From the human T2T-CHM13v2.0 reference genome, Homo sapiens, in NCBI RefSeq assembly GCF_009914755.1, contig NC_060937.1: DNA of 64,000 nt. The stretch is one strand, 5' to 3'. A model generated the notes under the pieces. That model was given only the letters and a program-made list of their open reading frames with translations. It was not told the origin of the DNA and made no database searches. This document shows positions 1-16,905 of this stretch, piece by piece. Each line of letters begins with the position of its first letter. The first letter of the stretch is position 1. Both the position numbers and the translations under genes were made by a program.

Positions 1-294
1 TGCTTTAGTGGGCTTGGCAAGAGTGAGTAAAGAGGTAAGCTGGAGGATAGATCATATGCAATCTATGCCTCTAACCCAGAAATTGTGTTCCTAGGAATTT
101 GTTCTAAGGAAATATTACAGATATGCACAAAAGTGTAAATACAAGGGTATTTGTCATTATAGTATTTAAAAGAGAAAATATATAAATGATCAAAATATTC
201 AACAGTAGGGGATTGTGATACATATATATATAAAATGGGATACTGATGCAAGCATTCAGTGAAAAAAAGTAGATTACCAAACCATACGATCCTC

Positions 295-626
295 ATTTAT
301 TTTATTTTATTTTTTATTTTTATTTTTTTATTTTTTTTACTTTTTGAGACGGAGTCTCACTCTGTCACCCAGACTGGAGTGCAGTGGCACGATCTCGGCT
401 CACTGCGAGCCCTGCCTCCCAGGTTCACGCCATTCTCCTGCCTCAGCCTCCTGAGTAGCTGGGACTACAGGCACCCGCCACCATGCCTGGCTAATTTTTC
501 GTGTTTTTAGTAGAGACCAGGTTTCACTGCGTTAGCCAGGATGGTCTTGATCTTCTGACCTCGTGATCCACCAGCCTCGGCCTCCCAAAGTGCTGGGATT
601 ACAGGCGTGAGCCACCACGCCCGGCC
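295..626 (-). mobile_element. Alu (AluY/Sc-like) with A-rich tail
   Basis: Reverse-complement Alu consensus (gagacggagtctcactctgtcacccag...gagccaccacgcccggcc). Flanked by atcctcattt on both sides (about 289 and 628), which looks like a TSD. Confidence 0.93.
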
Positions 627-759
627 AATCCTCATTTGTTTTAAAAAGCAAGATCACACATAAAAAAATAAGAAAGATAAAAAATGTTGGTAAAAGTAAC
701 TAAAGAATAAAAATATAGGGAAAAAGGTAGCCAAGGGATAGATATTGTTATTCACTTTC

Positions 760-920
760 TTTTTACAACTTTATTAAGGTATAATTTGTGTGCAATAAAC
801 TGCACATATTTAAAGTATATAACTTGACTAGTTTTGACAAATATATACACCCATGAAACTGCCAGTTATAATTTTGAACATTTTTCATGACCCTCCAAAG
901 TTTCCTTGTGTCCATTTGCA

Positions 921-957
<37 letters not shown>

Positions 958-1420
958 GCAGGCAACCATTGATCTACTGTTACAATAGACTACTTTGCAT
1001 CTTTTAGAATTGTACGTAACTGAAATCACACAGTATGTACTCCTTTGCATCTGGCTTCTTTCACTCAGCATAATGATTTGAGATTCATCCATGCTGTTAC
1101 ATGTACCAGTAACACATTTTATTACTGAGTAGTATACCATTGTATGAATGTATCACATTTTTGTACTTATTCACCTGTTAGTGGACATTTGGGTTGTTTC
1201 CCAGATTACAACCCACATTTGGCTATTACAAAGAAAGCTGCCATTAACTTTTGTGTACAAATCTTTGTGTGGACATGTATTATCTCTTGGGTGAATATCC
1301 AGGAATCAAATGGCTATGTTGAATAATAGATATATTTTTAACTTTTTAAGAAGCCATCAAACTGTTTTCCAAGGTGATTGTACCATTTTACGTTCCCAGC
1401 AGCAGTAACTGGTGGGAATA
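760..1420 (-). mobile_element. Old L1 (L1M-type) 3' end fragment containing a (CA)n microsatellite at 923-953
   Basis: Typical old L1 3'UTR reverse text: ctttattaaggtataattt...tttcactcagcataatg...ggacatttgggttgtttcc...aaactgttttccaa. Confidence 0.7.
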
Positions 1421-1933
1421 TGGCTCATTCTCAAAAGATGATCTGAAGTTTCAAAAGTAAATAAGTTATTGAAACATGTAATATGATGGTGGTAATTAGC
1501 CAACATGATAATACGTTACTCATAGGGTTGGTTGTGAGGATGACGTGCACTAATGCATAAAAAGCATTTAAGCACAGAGGAAGTACTCAGTATTCATTGG
1601 CAGTTTTATCATCATTCTGTTAATTTAACTTCTTTGGTTGTTAACAGTAGTACATTAGTGACTAATTTTGATAGACTAAAAATAAAGATAAACAGGCTAG
1701 ACTTTAAAAACCAGACTCACATATTGTACAAAAAACATTCACGTTCATAAAAATACCCTTAAACAAAATTTATTTTTTTCTTTCCAGTAGAGGGGGCAGT
1801 GATTACCTGGCATTGTTGTAAAACAAAAGTTAAGCTTGCCATTATTGTAGTTATAATTTTTAATATAATTTTTGCAGTTATCTCTCAGTAACTTTTTATT
1901 ATATACTATTTAATTATGAGTGTCAAGGTCTGA

Positions 1934-2176
<243 letters not shown>

Positions 2177-3136
2177 TAATTTCAGGGGGTTATAAAATTT
2201 ATTGACTGAAATTATTTCTGCCAGATATTCACTTTCAGAGTGTAGATACTTACATGAATTTCAAAACACTTTGTAGATATCTTCATGGTGTCCTAAAAGA
2301 AATCTGACAAGGTTTTTTTAAAACGACGTTAGAATTTCACTTATTTTTAGATGCTTGATAAGGAAAATGAAGAAGTAAAACTAGATGGCAAAAATGCATC
2401 ATGAATTTCTATGACATAAAAGGACTGAGAACTGCAAATGATTGCAGTTTTCTAATCGCTCAACAGGATATTACTTGATGAATCTTCTATATATTAAATA
2501 AGGGGTATGAGATTATACTTCAATTTTGGAGAACATTACAACTCTTAAAGTCTCATGCTGGTGTCCTTTAGTCATAAAACCATTGCATTAATGAGGTGCA
2601 GGGAATTTGTATGAGCAACTCAAAGCAAAAACATCGTAGGCTTTGGAAATCTTTGCCTGCATAATATAGATGCTTTGAACTGGCAACAGAATATCATCTA
2701 CTTCACTGGGTAGTTTTTGGAGATGTTACCTCTTCCTAAATCAAAAGGAAAACAGTATTACTATGCTATTTATTTTTTATGATACCCATGTTGTCATCAG
2801 TTAAACATTTTAATTGAATTTATAGAAGTATTTTGAATTAGAAAAGATTGATTTACTTTTAGGGTAAGATTAGCTAGAAGTTGGAAGAGCCTGAATAAGT
2901 CTTAGGAAAATGTAGTCCATATTTTAACCTTCATAATGTTGTGGTATCATTGTAATATCTTAATTTTTGATAATCTTTAATTTGTTGGATTAATAGGTGG
3001 AACGGAAGCTTAAATATCAGAAATATTTAGTCTTATATGTAAATAATATAATTAATATAAAGTGTTGCTTTTTATACGAAAACTTTAGAGACTTACAGAT
3101 TCTTTTAGCAAATTATTAATATTTTGTATATTCATA

Positions 3137-3432
3137 TTTTTGTTTTTGTTTTTTGAGATAGATTCTCTCTCTGTCGCCCAGGCTGGAGTGCAGTGGTGCG
3201 ATCTCGGCTCACTGCAACCTCCGCCTCCCGGGTTCAAGCAATTCTCATCCCCCAGCCGAGTAGCTGGGATCACAGGCGTGCATCACCACACCCAGCTAAT
3301 TTTTGTATTTTTGGTAGAGATAGGGTTTCGCAGTGTTGGCCAGGCTGGTCTCAAATTCCTGACCTCAGGTAATCTGCCCGCCTTGGCCTCCCAAAGTGCT
3401 GGGATTACAGGCGTGAACCACCATAGCCAGCC
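3137..3432 (-). mobile_element. AluS
   Basis: Full dimeric Alu in reverse orientation. Confidence 0.92.
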
Positions 3433-3786
3433 TGTATATTCATATTGTACTTGCAATAATACAGCATACTGTGTTTCATGTATTACATAATGTATGTATT
3501 GCTTAAAGTATGGTTCTGTGTTCCGGAAGATATCAGGGTAAGGTAAAAAGACCAACGCCTTTTTAAGTTGTACCAACCTGAGTACCAGCTCTGTCCATTA
3601 TTGGCCATTTGCCTTTGAGGAAATTATTTAAGCACCTGGGCCTTAGTTTCCTCTTCTGTAAAATAATATCTGATATTAAGGAAAGATTTGGTCTACTCTT
3701 ACAACATGTTTGGATTTCATTATTTGAAGAAACTTGGGTGTTCCAAGTCCTTATGTTTAAAAACCTAATTTGAAAACCCAGTATTA

Positions 3787-3960
3787 GGCCAGGCACGGTG
3801 GCTCATGCCTGTAATCCTAGTTACTTGGGAGGCTGAGGCAGGAGAATTGCTTGAACCCGGGAGGCAGAGGTTGCAGCCAAGATTGTGCCACTGCACTCCA
3901 GCCAGGGTGACAGAGTGAAACTCTGTCTCAAGAAATAAATAAATAAATACATACATACAT
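3787..3960 (+). mobile_element. Monomer-length Alu (left-arm start fused to right arm)
   Basis: ggccaggcacggtggctcatgcctgtaatcctagttacttgggaggctgaggcaggagaattg followed by an A-rich tail. Confidence 0.8.
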
Positions 3961-5414
3961 AAGGAAGAAAGAAAAAATAACAGTATTGAGGTATAATAAT
4001 GTGACTTTATTCAGGAGAGTCAGTGAAGCATAGTGGTTAGAAGTTCAAGATCCTGAGTGAGTTACAGAATTGATCTCTCCAAGCCTCACTTCCTTCATCT
4101 CTAAAGTGATGGGAATAATAATAATAGTGGTCATTATATGAGATTGGCATGAGGAGTAAGTGAGGTTAACCAGTAAAGCATCATCACCATCATCGTCCCT
4201 GTTTCTACAGCAACAACATTGTGAGGGGGTTTGCTTCTGTAACTGTTTTCCGTTGTATACAGTAACATTTTATTTTTCAAAATTTTACTTTATACTGGAA
4301 CATTTTAAATCTTAGAATATTAACAAGGATAGTATGTATTATCTGGGAACCACCAAACAGGGTGCTAGGAAAGCACGAACTGGTAGTATGTTGTCATCAG
4401 CAGTGAAACACTGCATCAAAATCATGAGTGATCAAACTCCAATGGAATTTATCTTAAATTTGACCTGGTTTCTGAGAAAATTTAATTTCTAAAAAAGGAG
4501 AGAAACATGGTTTTTTTGGTCAGGTTGAGGAGATAAATGTGACAATTGTCCACATGTCACTGTGCATATTATCGATATTTCAGGGTTGGAAAAGGAGGTG
4601 GTGGGTAACTCATTTCCAGCTCCCTAAGGCAATTGTTATCTGAAGTAAAAACAGGAAAGGACTGTGGAAACTCTCACTTTGATCACTGCCCTGGGTACAC
4701 ACTTAGAAACTTGTACTTTGAGAAACTGGCATTGTAACCTGGAGCCTCAACAATTCAATAACTTTCTTTGATATTTCTTATATTTAAATGTTGAGATTAC
4801 TGAAATACATTTCTTTCCCTACTAATATTTAGCTTTATGAAGATTTACTTGGATGTTTTTGGGGAAAGATGTTTTGTTTTGTTTTTAGTAGCTCACTGGG
4901 TCAGTGTTGGAACATAATATTGAAAATGACAAAATGACATGTCATGTATTTACAATTTAATGCGCACTATGTTGTTTTTCCATTATATAAAAATTAAGGT
5001 TGTTTTGCCACTTAATGCGTATAAATTATTTTTCCAATTTAGAATAGCTTTCTGTTTCTGTTTTAAGAACTTGTTAGTCCCTTCTCTTGTGCTTTGCCTG
5101 CATAAAGATTTACAAGAACTATTAGGTGGAATTGTTCTCACTTAGATTTGGTACTAGTTTTATATGTTAGATTGTTAATGACATCGTTTTTATTTTAGCT
5201 TCTACTTTGATTTTAACTAAATTTAATCACATTTATGCCTACCCAGTAACAGAGTGTTTCTAAGGCTGGTTTTTATGGGGGAGGGGAGATTTGTGGGGGG
5301 GCTTCTTTAATACAACATAAAAGCATGATCCATGAAAGAAGAAAGTGGTAAGTTGAACTATATTTAAAATAAGACGTCCGCACTGTAAAAGATACTGTTA
5401 AAAAATAAAAAGAC

Positions 5415-6830
<1,416 letters not shown>

Positions 6831-7009
6831 GGTAAAATATCTGTTCAGATACCTTACCAAAGAACATATAAGGATGGCATATGAAAACATCATGTGTTGT
6901 TAGGGAATTGGAAATTATTTTTTTCAAATAGCTAAATTTTCACTTTTTAATTTATGTCTTCTTTTTAAAACTCTCATTTATTTGTGTCTCTAATTTTTGT
7001 TTTCCTCCT

Positions 7010-8548
7010 ATTTTTTTTTATTTCCAACTTTTAGGTTCAGGGGTACATGTGCAAGCTTGTTACATGGGTAACTTGAGTGTCATGGGGGTTTGGTGTACAG
7101 ATAATTTTGTCACCCAGGTAATCAGCATAATACCTGTAGGTAGTTTCCCAATATTCATTCTCCTCCCACCCTCCCCCCTCGAATAGGCCCCAGTGCCTGT
7201 TGCTCCCTTCTTTGTGCCTATATGTGCTTGGTGTTTAGCTCCCACTTGTAAATGAGGAATGCAGTATTTGGTTTTCTGTTTCTGCATTAATTCACTTAGG
7301 ATAATGGCCTCCAGCTCCATCCATGTTGCAGCAAAGGCCATGATCTCATTATCTTTGTAGCTGCATAGTATTCCATGGTGTATATGTCCCCCATTTTCTT
7401 TATCCAGTCCACCACTCATGGGCACCTAGATTGATTCCATTCCATGTCTTTGTTATTGTGAATGGTGCTGCAATGAACATACATATGCATGTGTCTTTAT
7501 GATAGAATAATTTACATTCATGTGGGCATATACCCAGTAATGGGATTGCTGGGTCGAATGGTAGTCCTGTTTTAAGTTCTTTGAGAAATCTCCAGACTGC
7601 TTTCCACAGTGGCTGAACTAATTTACATTTCCACCAACAGTGTATAAGCATTCCCCTTCCTCTGCAACCTCACCAGCATCTGTTGTTTTTGATTTTTTAA
7701 TAATAGTCATTCAGACTGGTGTGCAGTGGTATCTCGTGGTTTTGATTTGCATTTCCCGGATGATTCATGACATTGAGCATTTTTTCAAATGTTTGCTGGC
7801 CATGTGTATGTCTTCTTTTGAGAAGCGTCTGGTCATGTCCTTTGCCCATTTTTTAATAGTGTTGATTGTTTTTTGCTTCTTCAATTGTTTGAGTTATAGA
7901 TTCTGGATATTAGACCTTTGTTGGATGCATAGTTTGCAGATATTTTCTCTCATTCTGCAGGTTGTCTGTTTATTGAAATTTCTTTTGTTGTGCAGAAGCT
8001 CATTAGTTTTATTAGATCATTATTAGATCACACTTGTCAATTTTTATTTCTGTTACAGCTGCTTTTGTTTTTTTTTGAGACAGAGTTTTTGCTCTTGTTG
8101 TGGAGGGGAGTGCAGTGGGGCGATCTCAGCTCACTGCAACCTCTGCCTCCCAGCCTGAAGTGATTCTCCTGCCTCAGCCTCCCAAGTAGCTGGGATACAG
8201 GGGCCCGCCACCATGCCCAGCTAATTTTTTTTGTATTTTTCATAGAGACGGGGTTTTGCCATGTTGGCCAGGCTGCTCTTGAACTCCTGATCGCAGGTGA
8301 TTTGCCCGCCTCAGCCTCCCAAAGTGCTGGGATTACAGGAGTAAGTAACCGCACCTGGCCTACAGTTGCTTTTTGACTTTGTCATGAAGTCCTTGCCTGG
8401 GCTGTTGTCTAGAATGGTATTTCCTAGATCTTCTTCAGGGTTTTTATAGTTTTAGGTTTCACATTTAAGCCTTTAATCCATCTTGAGTTGATTTTTGTAT
8501 ATGGTCAAAGGTGGGGGTCCAATTTCAGTCTTCTGCATATGGCTAGTC
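7010..8548 (-). mobile_element. L1PB/late L1PA 3' portion interrupted by an AluS (about 8064-8360)
   Basis: ORF2 C-terminal peptides ([20 protein letters not shown]) and L1 3'UTR. The Alu is flanked by the TSD tacag(c/t)tgctttt. Confidence 0.9.
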
Positions 8549-10419
8549 TAAGGCTATTTTTGATATGCTTTCCTAGAGTAACTCTCAATTTAGAGGCTTC
8601 AGTGGCGAAAGAAGGTCAGGATGGATGTTAATCACACTTTTGTTTGTATTCTTTAGTTGGTTTAAACCTTTTCAATTCTTACATATCCTCTATGGTATCT
8701 GAAATATATGCTGTAATATGAGCCAAGAAGAACATTGAGATAAGTTCAAATTACCATAAAACCCTAAAGAAGGGCTCTGTTATTTGGGCAAGTATAGTGT
8801 GGAGAAAATTAGGGAAAGTGTAAAGATTATTAGGTAGGTGCTAACTGAAAGGTAGCAGGATCTGTTTGTTGTTTTAGATGAGATTATGGCCTGGGAACAA
8901 GAGCCTTAAAGTACTGACAGAAAAAGAAATAATAGTTTTGATAGTACATAGAAGTGGAAAACAACAATTCAAAGTGAAAATGACTGAATTTGGTTCAGTG
9001 CTCTACTATGCCCTTCTCAAAAAGAATTGGTCATTGCTACTAACTGCAATTCACCCTTTATTTGTTGTACCATATTTTTAAAGTCTATTCAATACTTAAA
9101 GCAGAATTAGACACAATTAACCTATCACCTTATTTGATTGTGCATCATATAGAATTTCCTTCTTATGTTTAATGTTTCACTATCTCTTATGTTTTCTTTA
9201 CTGTATTGTGCTTCTTTGGTTTATTAAAAATATTTTAAATTACATAAATAATGATGAAAGTTTACCTGCAAAAAAGTCAAATGGTGTAAAAAAATTATAC
9301 TTTACCTGTCATTTCTCTTTTTTTCTGAAATAAGCATTTTCGATAGTTTGATATGTGTTCTCTCAATCCACATTAAATGGCAGTTACACATTTATCTGCT
9401 GTTTTATTTGACTTGTATGGGAACATACTATACATATATTGTCCTGCAGTGTGCATATATATATATATATTTATTTATTTATTTATTACTTAGCAGTATG
9501 TCTTGAAAGCATTTCCTTGTCAGTACATACAGATAGACCTTATTCATTTCATAGTTCTATATGTCCCATTGTTCTGAACGCAGACCATAATTTCTTTTAC
9601 CATTTTCCTTTTGAATAATGGAGCTATAGTAGATCCTTTTACACATGTTCTTGTGTACATGTTTGAATACTTTCAATTCCTAGAAGGGTCAAAGAATAGG
9701 TGTATTTTAAATTGCAATAAATACTTACAAATTCTCTTCTGAAATGATAGCCAGTTGACCCACTCCAACCAACTATGTAAAAATCCTATTTTTCCACAGT
9801 CTAACTAATACTGGATATTGTTAATCTTGCAAATGTTCTGGGTAAAAACTGATATCAATGGTGTTTTCATTTGCATTTCGCTGATTGATAACCAGATTAC
9901 ACGTCTTTTCATATGTTTATTGGCTATTTGTACTTCCTCTGTGACTTACCTTTTTACATCCTTTGACTGTTTCTGTTGGGCTCTTTGTTAATTGTGTTTG
10001 TAGGAACTCAATATATTATGGGCTTTAATTCTTAAACTCTTACATGTGTTGGAAATATGTTTCCCAGTCTGTCTCTTTGCCTTCTTTTAAAATAATTTGA
10101 TTTTAAAAATCATAGTAAGCATTTGGTTTAATATAAAAGGTGACAATATAAAGCACAAGGCTTATGAAGCAGTTCTTTTTATCACCTATTAGGCCTGTTC
10201 TCAGAGTCAACGTCTTTTAATCTTTTAGATGTATTTTACTTTTTATATTTCTAAATTATATGCTTCTATCTATTTTAGATGTCATCTAGTGTATATATCT
10301 TCTCCTCATCCTTCCAATATAGATACATCACAATTTTTTGTTAGATCTGTATTCATTGTTTACACTAATATGACTATGGAGAAATGTGTGGGTGTTTTTT
10401 TGTTTTGTTTTTTGGTGTT

Positions 10420-10723
<304 letters not shown>

Positions 10724-11340
10724 TGAGTATATTTTATTTTATCTTTTCTTTTCTGTGACTCTCTGTGGAAATTGCATGTGTGTCTGTTTGTTTTTCAGGT
10801 TGTAGCATGCAATTGTTGAGGGGTGGACTGTATCATCTTCATCTTGTAATTCCAGTGCTAGTCCTTGTCCCTGAGCATATGGTTGTTGAATAAATGAATG
10901 AAAAATGAGAAAACCAGAAGCTCTGATACTTAACCACAATGACAATTAATTCAATCTGTGACTATCATCCAATTATATATCACAGTAATTTTGTGTTGTA
11001 ATTTTACATATGTATTTTTTATTTTTATTAACACTGATAAAGTTCTCAACTCTTATTACTAACTTAAACTTACTTTAAATATGGAATATTTTAGATAAAA
11101 ATATAATTATTTCTTTTTTCTTTCCAGACGTTGCTGAATTTGAATTGGGATCACATGTGTTTCCTCATCTAGGACCTGGTGGTAAGTCAAACATAAATTA
11201 AGATATAATTTGGAAATACTATAGAAATACGTACTGATTTTAACCAGATACATATGAGTGGAAAGACAGTAAAATGTGATTACTGGGCTGTTTACGTGAC
11301 ATTTTATTTCTCATTATGTATATGACACGGATAACTCTTT

Positions 11341-13500
<2,160 letters not shown>

Positions 13501-15519
13501 TCAAGCAGATCTTGCAAATGAAAACTAGTATTTTTGAGTTTTGCATACTCAAACTGCCAAAATGTCAGCTGTTTAAACAGTCAAATAACTAAGTTGTCAC
13601 TAATACTTTAGTGAAGTGATGATTTATTCTTATTTTATAATTTTTATCACTATATATATAGTGATAGATTCTGATTTAGACAGACATCATTTTGGTATAC
13701 TGATACTGTGGCCATTGCAATGTTTCAATGTATTTCAATAGTTACAGTGCCATCAAACTTAGATAATTTCAGCTTTAAGCACTGATTTATACACATCTTT
13801 TCTTCAGGAAAAATAAAGTTTCCCTAAGGCTTTTCACTCTATCTATCTATCTATCTATCTTTATATTTATGAACTTTTTGGAAGTACTGTTGAAATTATA
13901 GAAAAGTTCCAAGTTTTAATACAAGTAACTCTTTCCCCTGAAGCATGTGAGAGTAAATTGCTGACATTAGGCCAGCACTCCTGATTACTTTAGTAGGTAT
14001 TCCCACAAGTCAGGACACTCTATATAACTACAATGCAACCTTGATAATCAGAAAGTTAACATCAAAGCATCATATCATCCAATCCTCAGCTTCTGTTGAG
14101 CTTTTATTAATTGTCTGCCATGTCTTTTATAGCACAAGGATCCCATTTAGATCCATGGGTTACATTTAGTTGTTGTGTCACTTACACTCCTTCTGTCTGA
14201 ACAGTTCCTCAGGTTTCCTTGACTTTCATGACTCTGAATCTTTTGAAGAGTAAAGTTCAAAATAAAGAATGTCTCTCAGCTGGTTTTTTCTGATGTTTCA
14301 TTATGAATAGGCTTAGATTGTATTATTTTTGGCAAGAGTATCTCAGAGGCGATCCTCTGATCTTCTCATTGCATCCTGTCATTTGACCTTGATTTTGATT
14401 TGTCTTATTACTAGTGATATTAGCATTGATCATTAATGGTGGTATCTGCTGGGTTTCTTTTCTGCAGTGTTGCTTTTTAATCTTGTAATCAGTTAGTATA
14501 TTGTGGGGAGGTAGTTTAAGACTAGGTAAATATCTCTGTTCCTCTTGAAATCTTCAATTTATTCATTTACTTAGATCAACATGGATGCATGGTTTATTTC
14601 ATACAATGGGATATAATTTGTTAATATTTCTAAAAATTTGTTTTTCTTTTTAGACATGTTCTGTTTTGGCAATTTCAGACTTAAAGAAAAATTAAAAGAA
14701 TAGGACCAAAAAGTCTTGAGTTCCATATCCCAAATTTTAATATTTTACTGCATTTGCTTTACTCTTTCTCCTTCTTTTCCTCTTCTCTTTCTAGACAAAT
14801 ATAAATATAGGTACATAATATAGATTTTTCTTCCTGAATTATTTGTGAGTCACAGACATGATGCCTCTTTATTTCTAAATACTTTACTATATATTTCCTA
14901 AAAAGAAGGAATTTTCTTACATAACTATGGTGATCATTATCAAAAGCAAGAAATTGAAATTGATTCAATGTTAATATATAATCGACAGATCTTATTAAGA
15001 TTTTGCCAATTTTCCCCATAATATCCTTTATAGCCAAAGAAAATCCAAGATGGGAGATTTTTACAATTCATGATGTGTTGAGTCCAATTGTCCTCTTTCT
15101 TTATTCTCCTTTAATCTGGGACAGTTTTGTACTCTTTCTTTGATTTTCATAACATCCATGTTTTTGAAGAGTATGGGTCACTTATTTTACTGATTTTTCT
15201 CTCAGTTTGGGTTCATATGATGTTTCCTCATGATTAGATTCAGATTATGTCACTGAGGCAGGAATGTCACACAGGTAATGCTGACTTCTTCCGAATGCAG
15301 CATGTCTGTAGGCTGTCACTTGGTTTCATTGCTGGCCAGTGTTGACTTTGATTCTTTGGTTAAGGAGTTTCGTCAGTCAGATTTGTCCATAGTAAAGTTA
15401 CTGTTTACCTTTTGTATTTCACCAATATCCTGTGTGGCAATACTTTGTGGCTGTATAAATCTCCAGTTACTCCTCAAAATTTCACCCACTAGATTTAGCA
15501 TTGCATTGATTTTTTCCTT

Positions 15520-15838
15520 TTATTTTATTTATTTATTTATGTATGTATTTTTGGAGATCATGGTCTTGCTCTATTGCCTTGGCTGGAGTGCACTTGCACA
15601 ATCTTGTCTCACTGCAGCCTCAATCTTCCAGGCTCAAGCAATCCTCCCACCTCAGCCTCCCAAGTAGCTAGGACTATAGGCATGCACCATCATGCCTGGC
15701 TAATTTTTGTATTTTTTGTAGAGATGGGGTTTTGCCATGTAGCCCAGGCTTGTATCTCTAACTCCTGGGCTCAAGGGATCAGCTCCCTTCAGTCTCCCAA
15801 AGTGCCAGAATTATAGGCATGAGCCACTGGGCCTGGCT
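15520..15838 (-). mobile_element. AluJ
   Basis: Diverged dimeric Alu in reverse orientation. Confidence 0.85.
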
Positions 15839-16426
15839 GCTTTATGATTCTTACTTGAATTAATTATGATGATGGTGGCCACATGATGATTTTCTTATTC
15901 TGTCATGCCTTCTACATGGATTAAAAAATGAAACAAAACAAAAGCAATAAACAGGGGAGAAGGGAAAATATTCTTTTGGTGCTCAAATACTCCCAGACTC
16001 AGCCAGTGGTCACCATTTCAAGCTGATTTCATGTCTTTTGGACATCAATTCATTGCCATCGTTTAAATATTTCTTTATTTTATGGCACACAATGTTCCAA
16101 GCTTATCATCTATTTCTCGGCCCCAGATCTGAAATCAGCTATTTTCCTAGAAGACTAGATTTCTTCTGGGGGAGAATGGTATTTAGAAACCAAATTCTGG
16201 CCACTAGTTGAGGTAGGTGTGGATATTTGCATTGGGATTGTCATTGCTCAGAGACCTACTCCATGAACAAAGCAGAGAAATATATGGATATACATAAATA
16301 CGCAGGCATACATGCTTACATTAATCCACATTTCAGTGTCAAAATATATTCAAAACCATGAGTTTTTGCTGATACTTTCTATTTCAATTCAATCCCACAT
16401 GGTTCATTCTAATTTTTTTTAAGTAC

Positions 16427-16900
16427 AGTTGACCCTTGGACAATCTGGGGAGTAGGGACATCATAGAAATTCACATATAACTTTTGACTGCCCAAAACTT
16501 AACTACTAATAGCTTACTATGGATGAGAAGCCTTACCCATAACATAAACAGTCAATGAACACATATTTTGTATGTTTTATGTATTATATACCATATTTGT
16601 ACAAAAGTAAGCTAGAGAAAAGGAAATGTTAAGAAAATTATAAGGAAGATAAAGTATATTTACAGTACTGTACTGAATTTATCAATACCATAAGTTTACT
16701 TCATGTGTTTCTGAGATGAATCATCTTTCTAAAAATGCAGACAAAGCTACAGACCTCAAACCGTGGTACATATCAAGCAAATCAGCTTTTTCTTATATTG
16801 TTATGTTATTTCTCTGCTTCTTGGAAGCACTTTATGCATCACTAGTGGTACTTTCTTTGGGTTCTATGATTTACACTATTAAATTAAACATGATGAAAAA
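16427..16900. mobile_element. Tigger-family DNA transposon fragment (Tigger2-like)
   Basis: Starts TA-cagttgacccttg, followed by aaattcacatataacttttgact...aaaacttaactactaatagc, typical of Tigger2 ends. Confidence 0.7.
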
Positions 16901-16905
16901 AACAA

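Noticed and set aside
13645-13666. 22-bp perfect palindrome tatcactatatatatagtgata
   Set aside because: Centred on a (TA)n run, with no supporting context.
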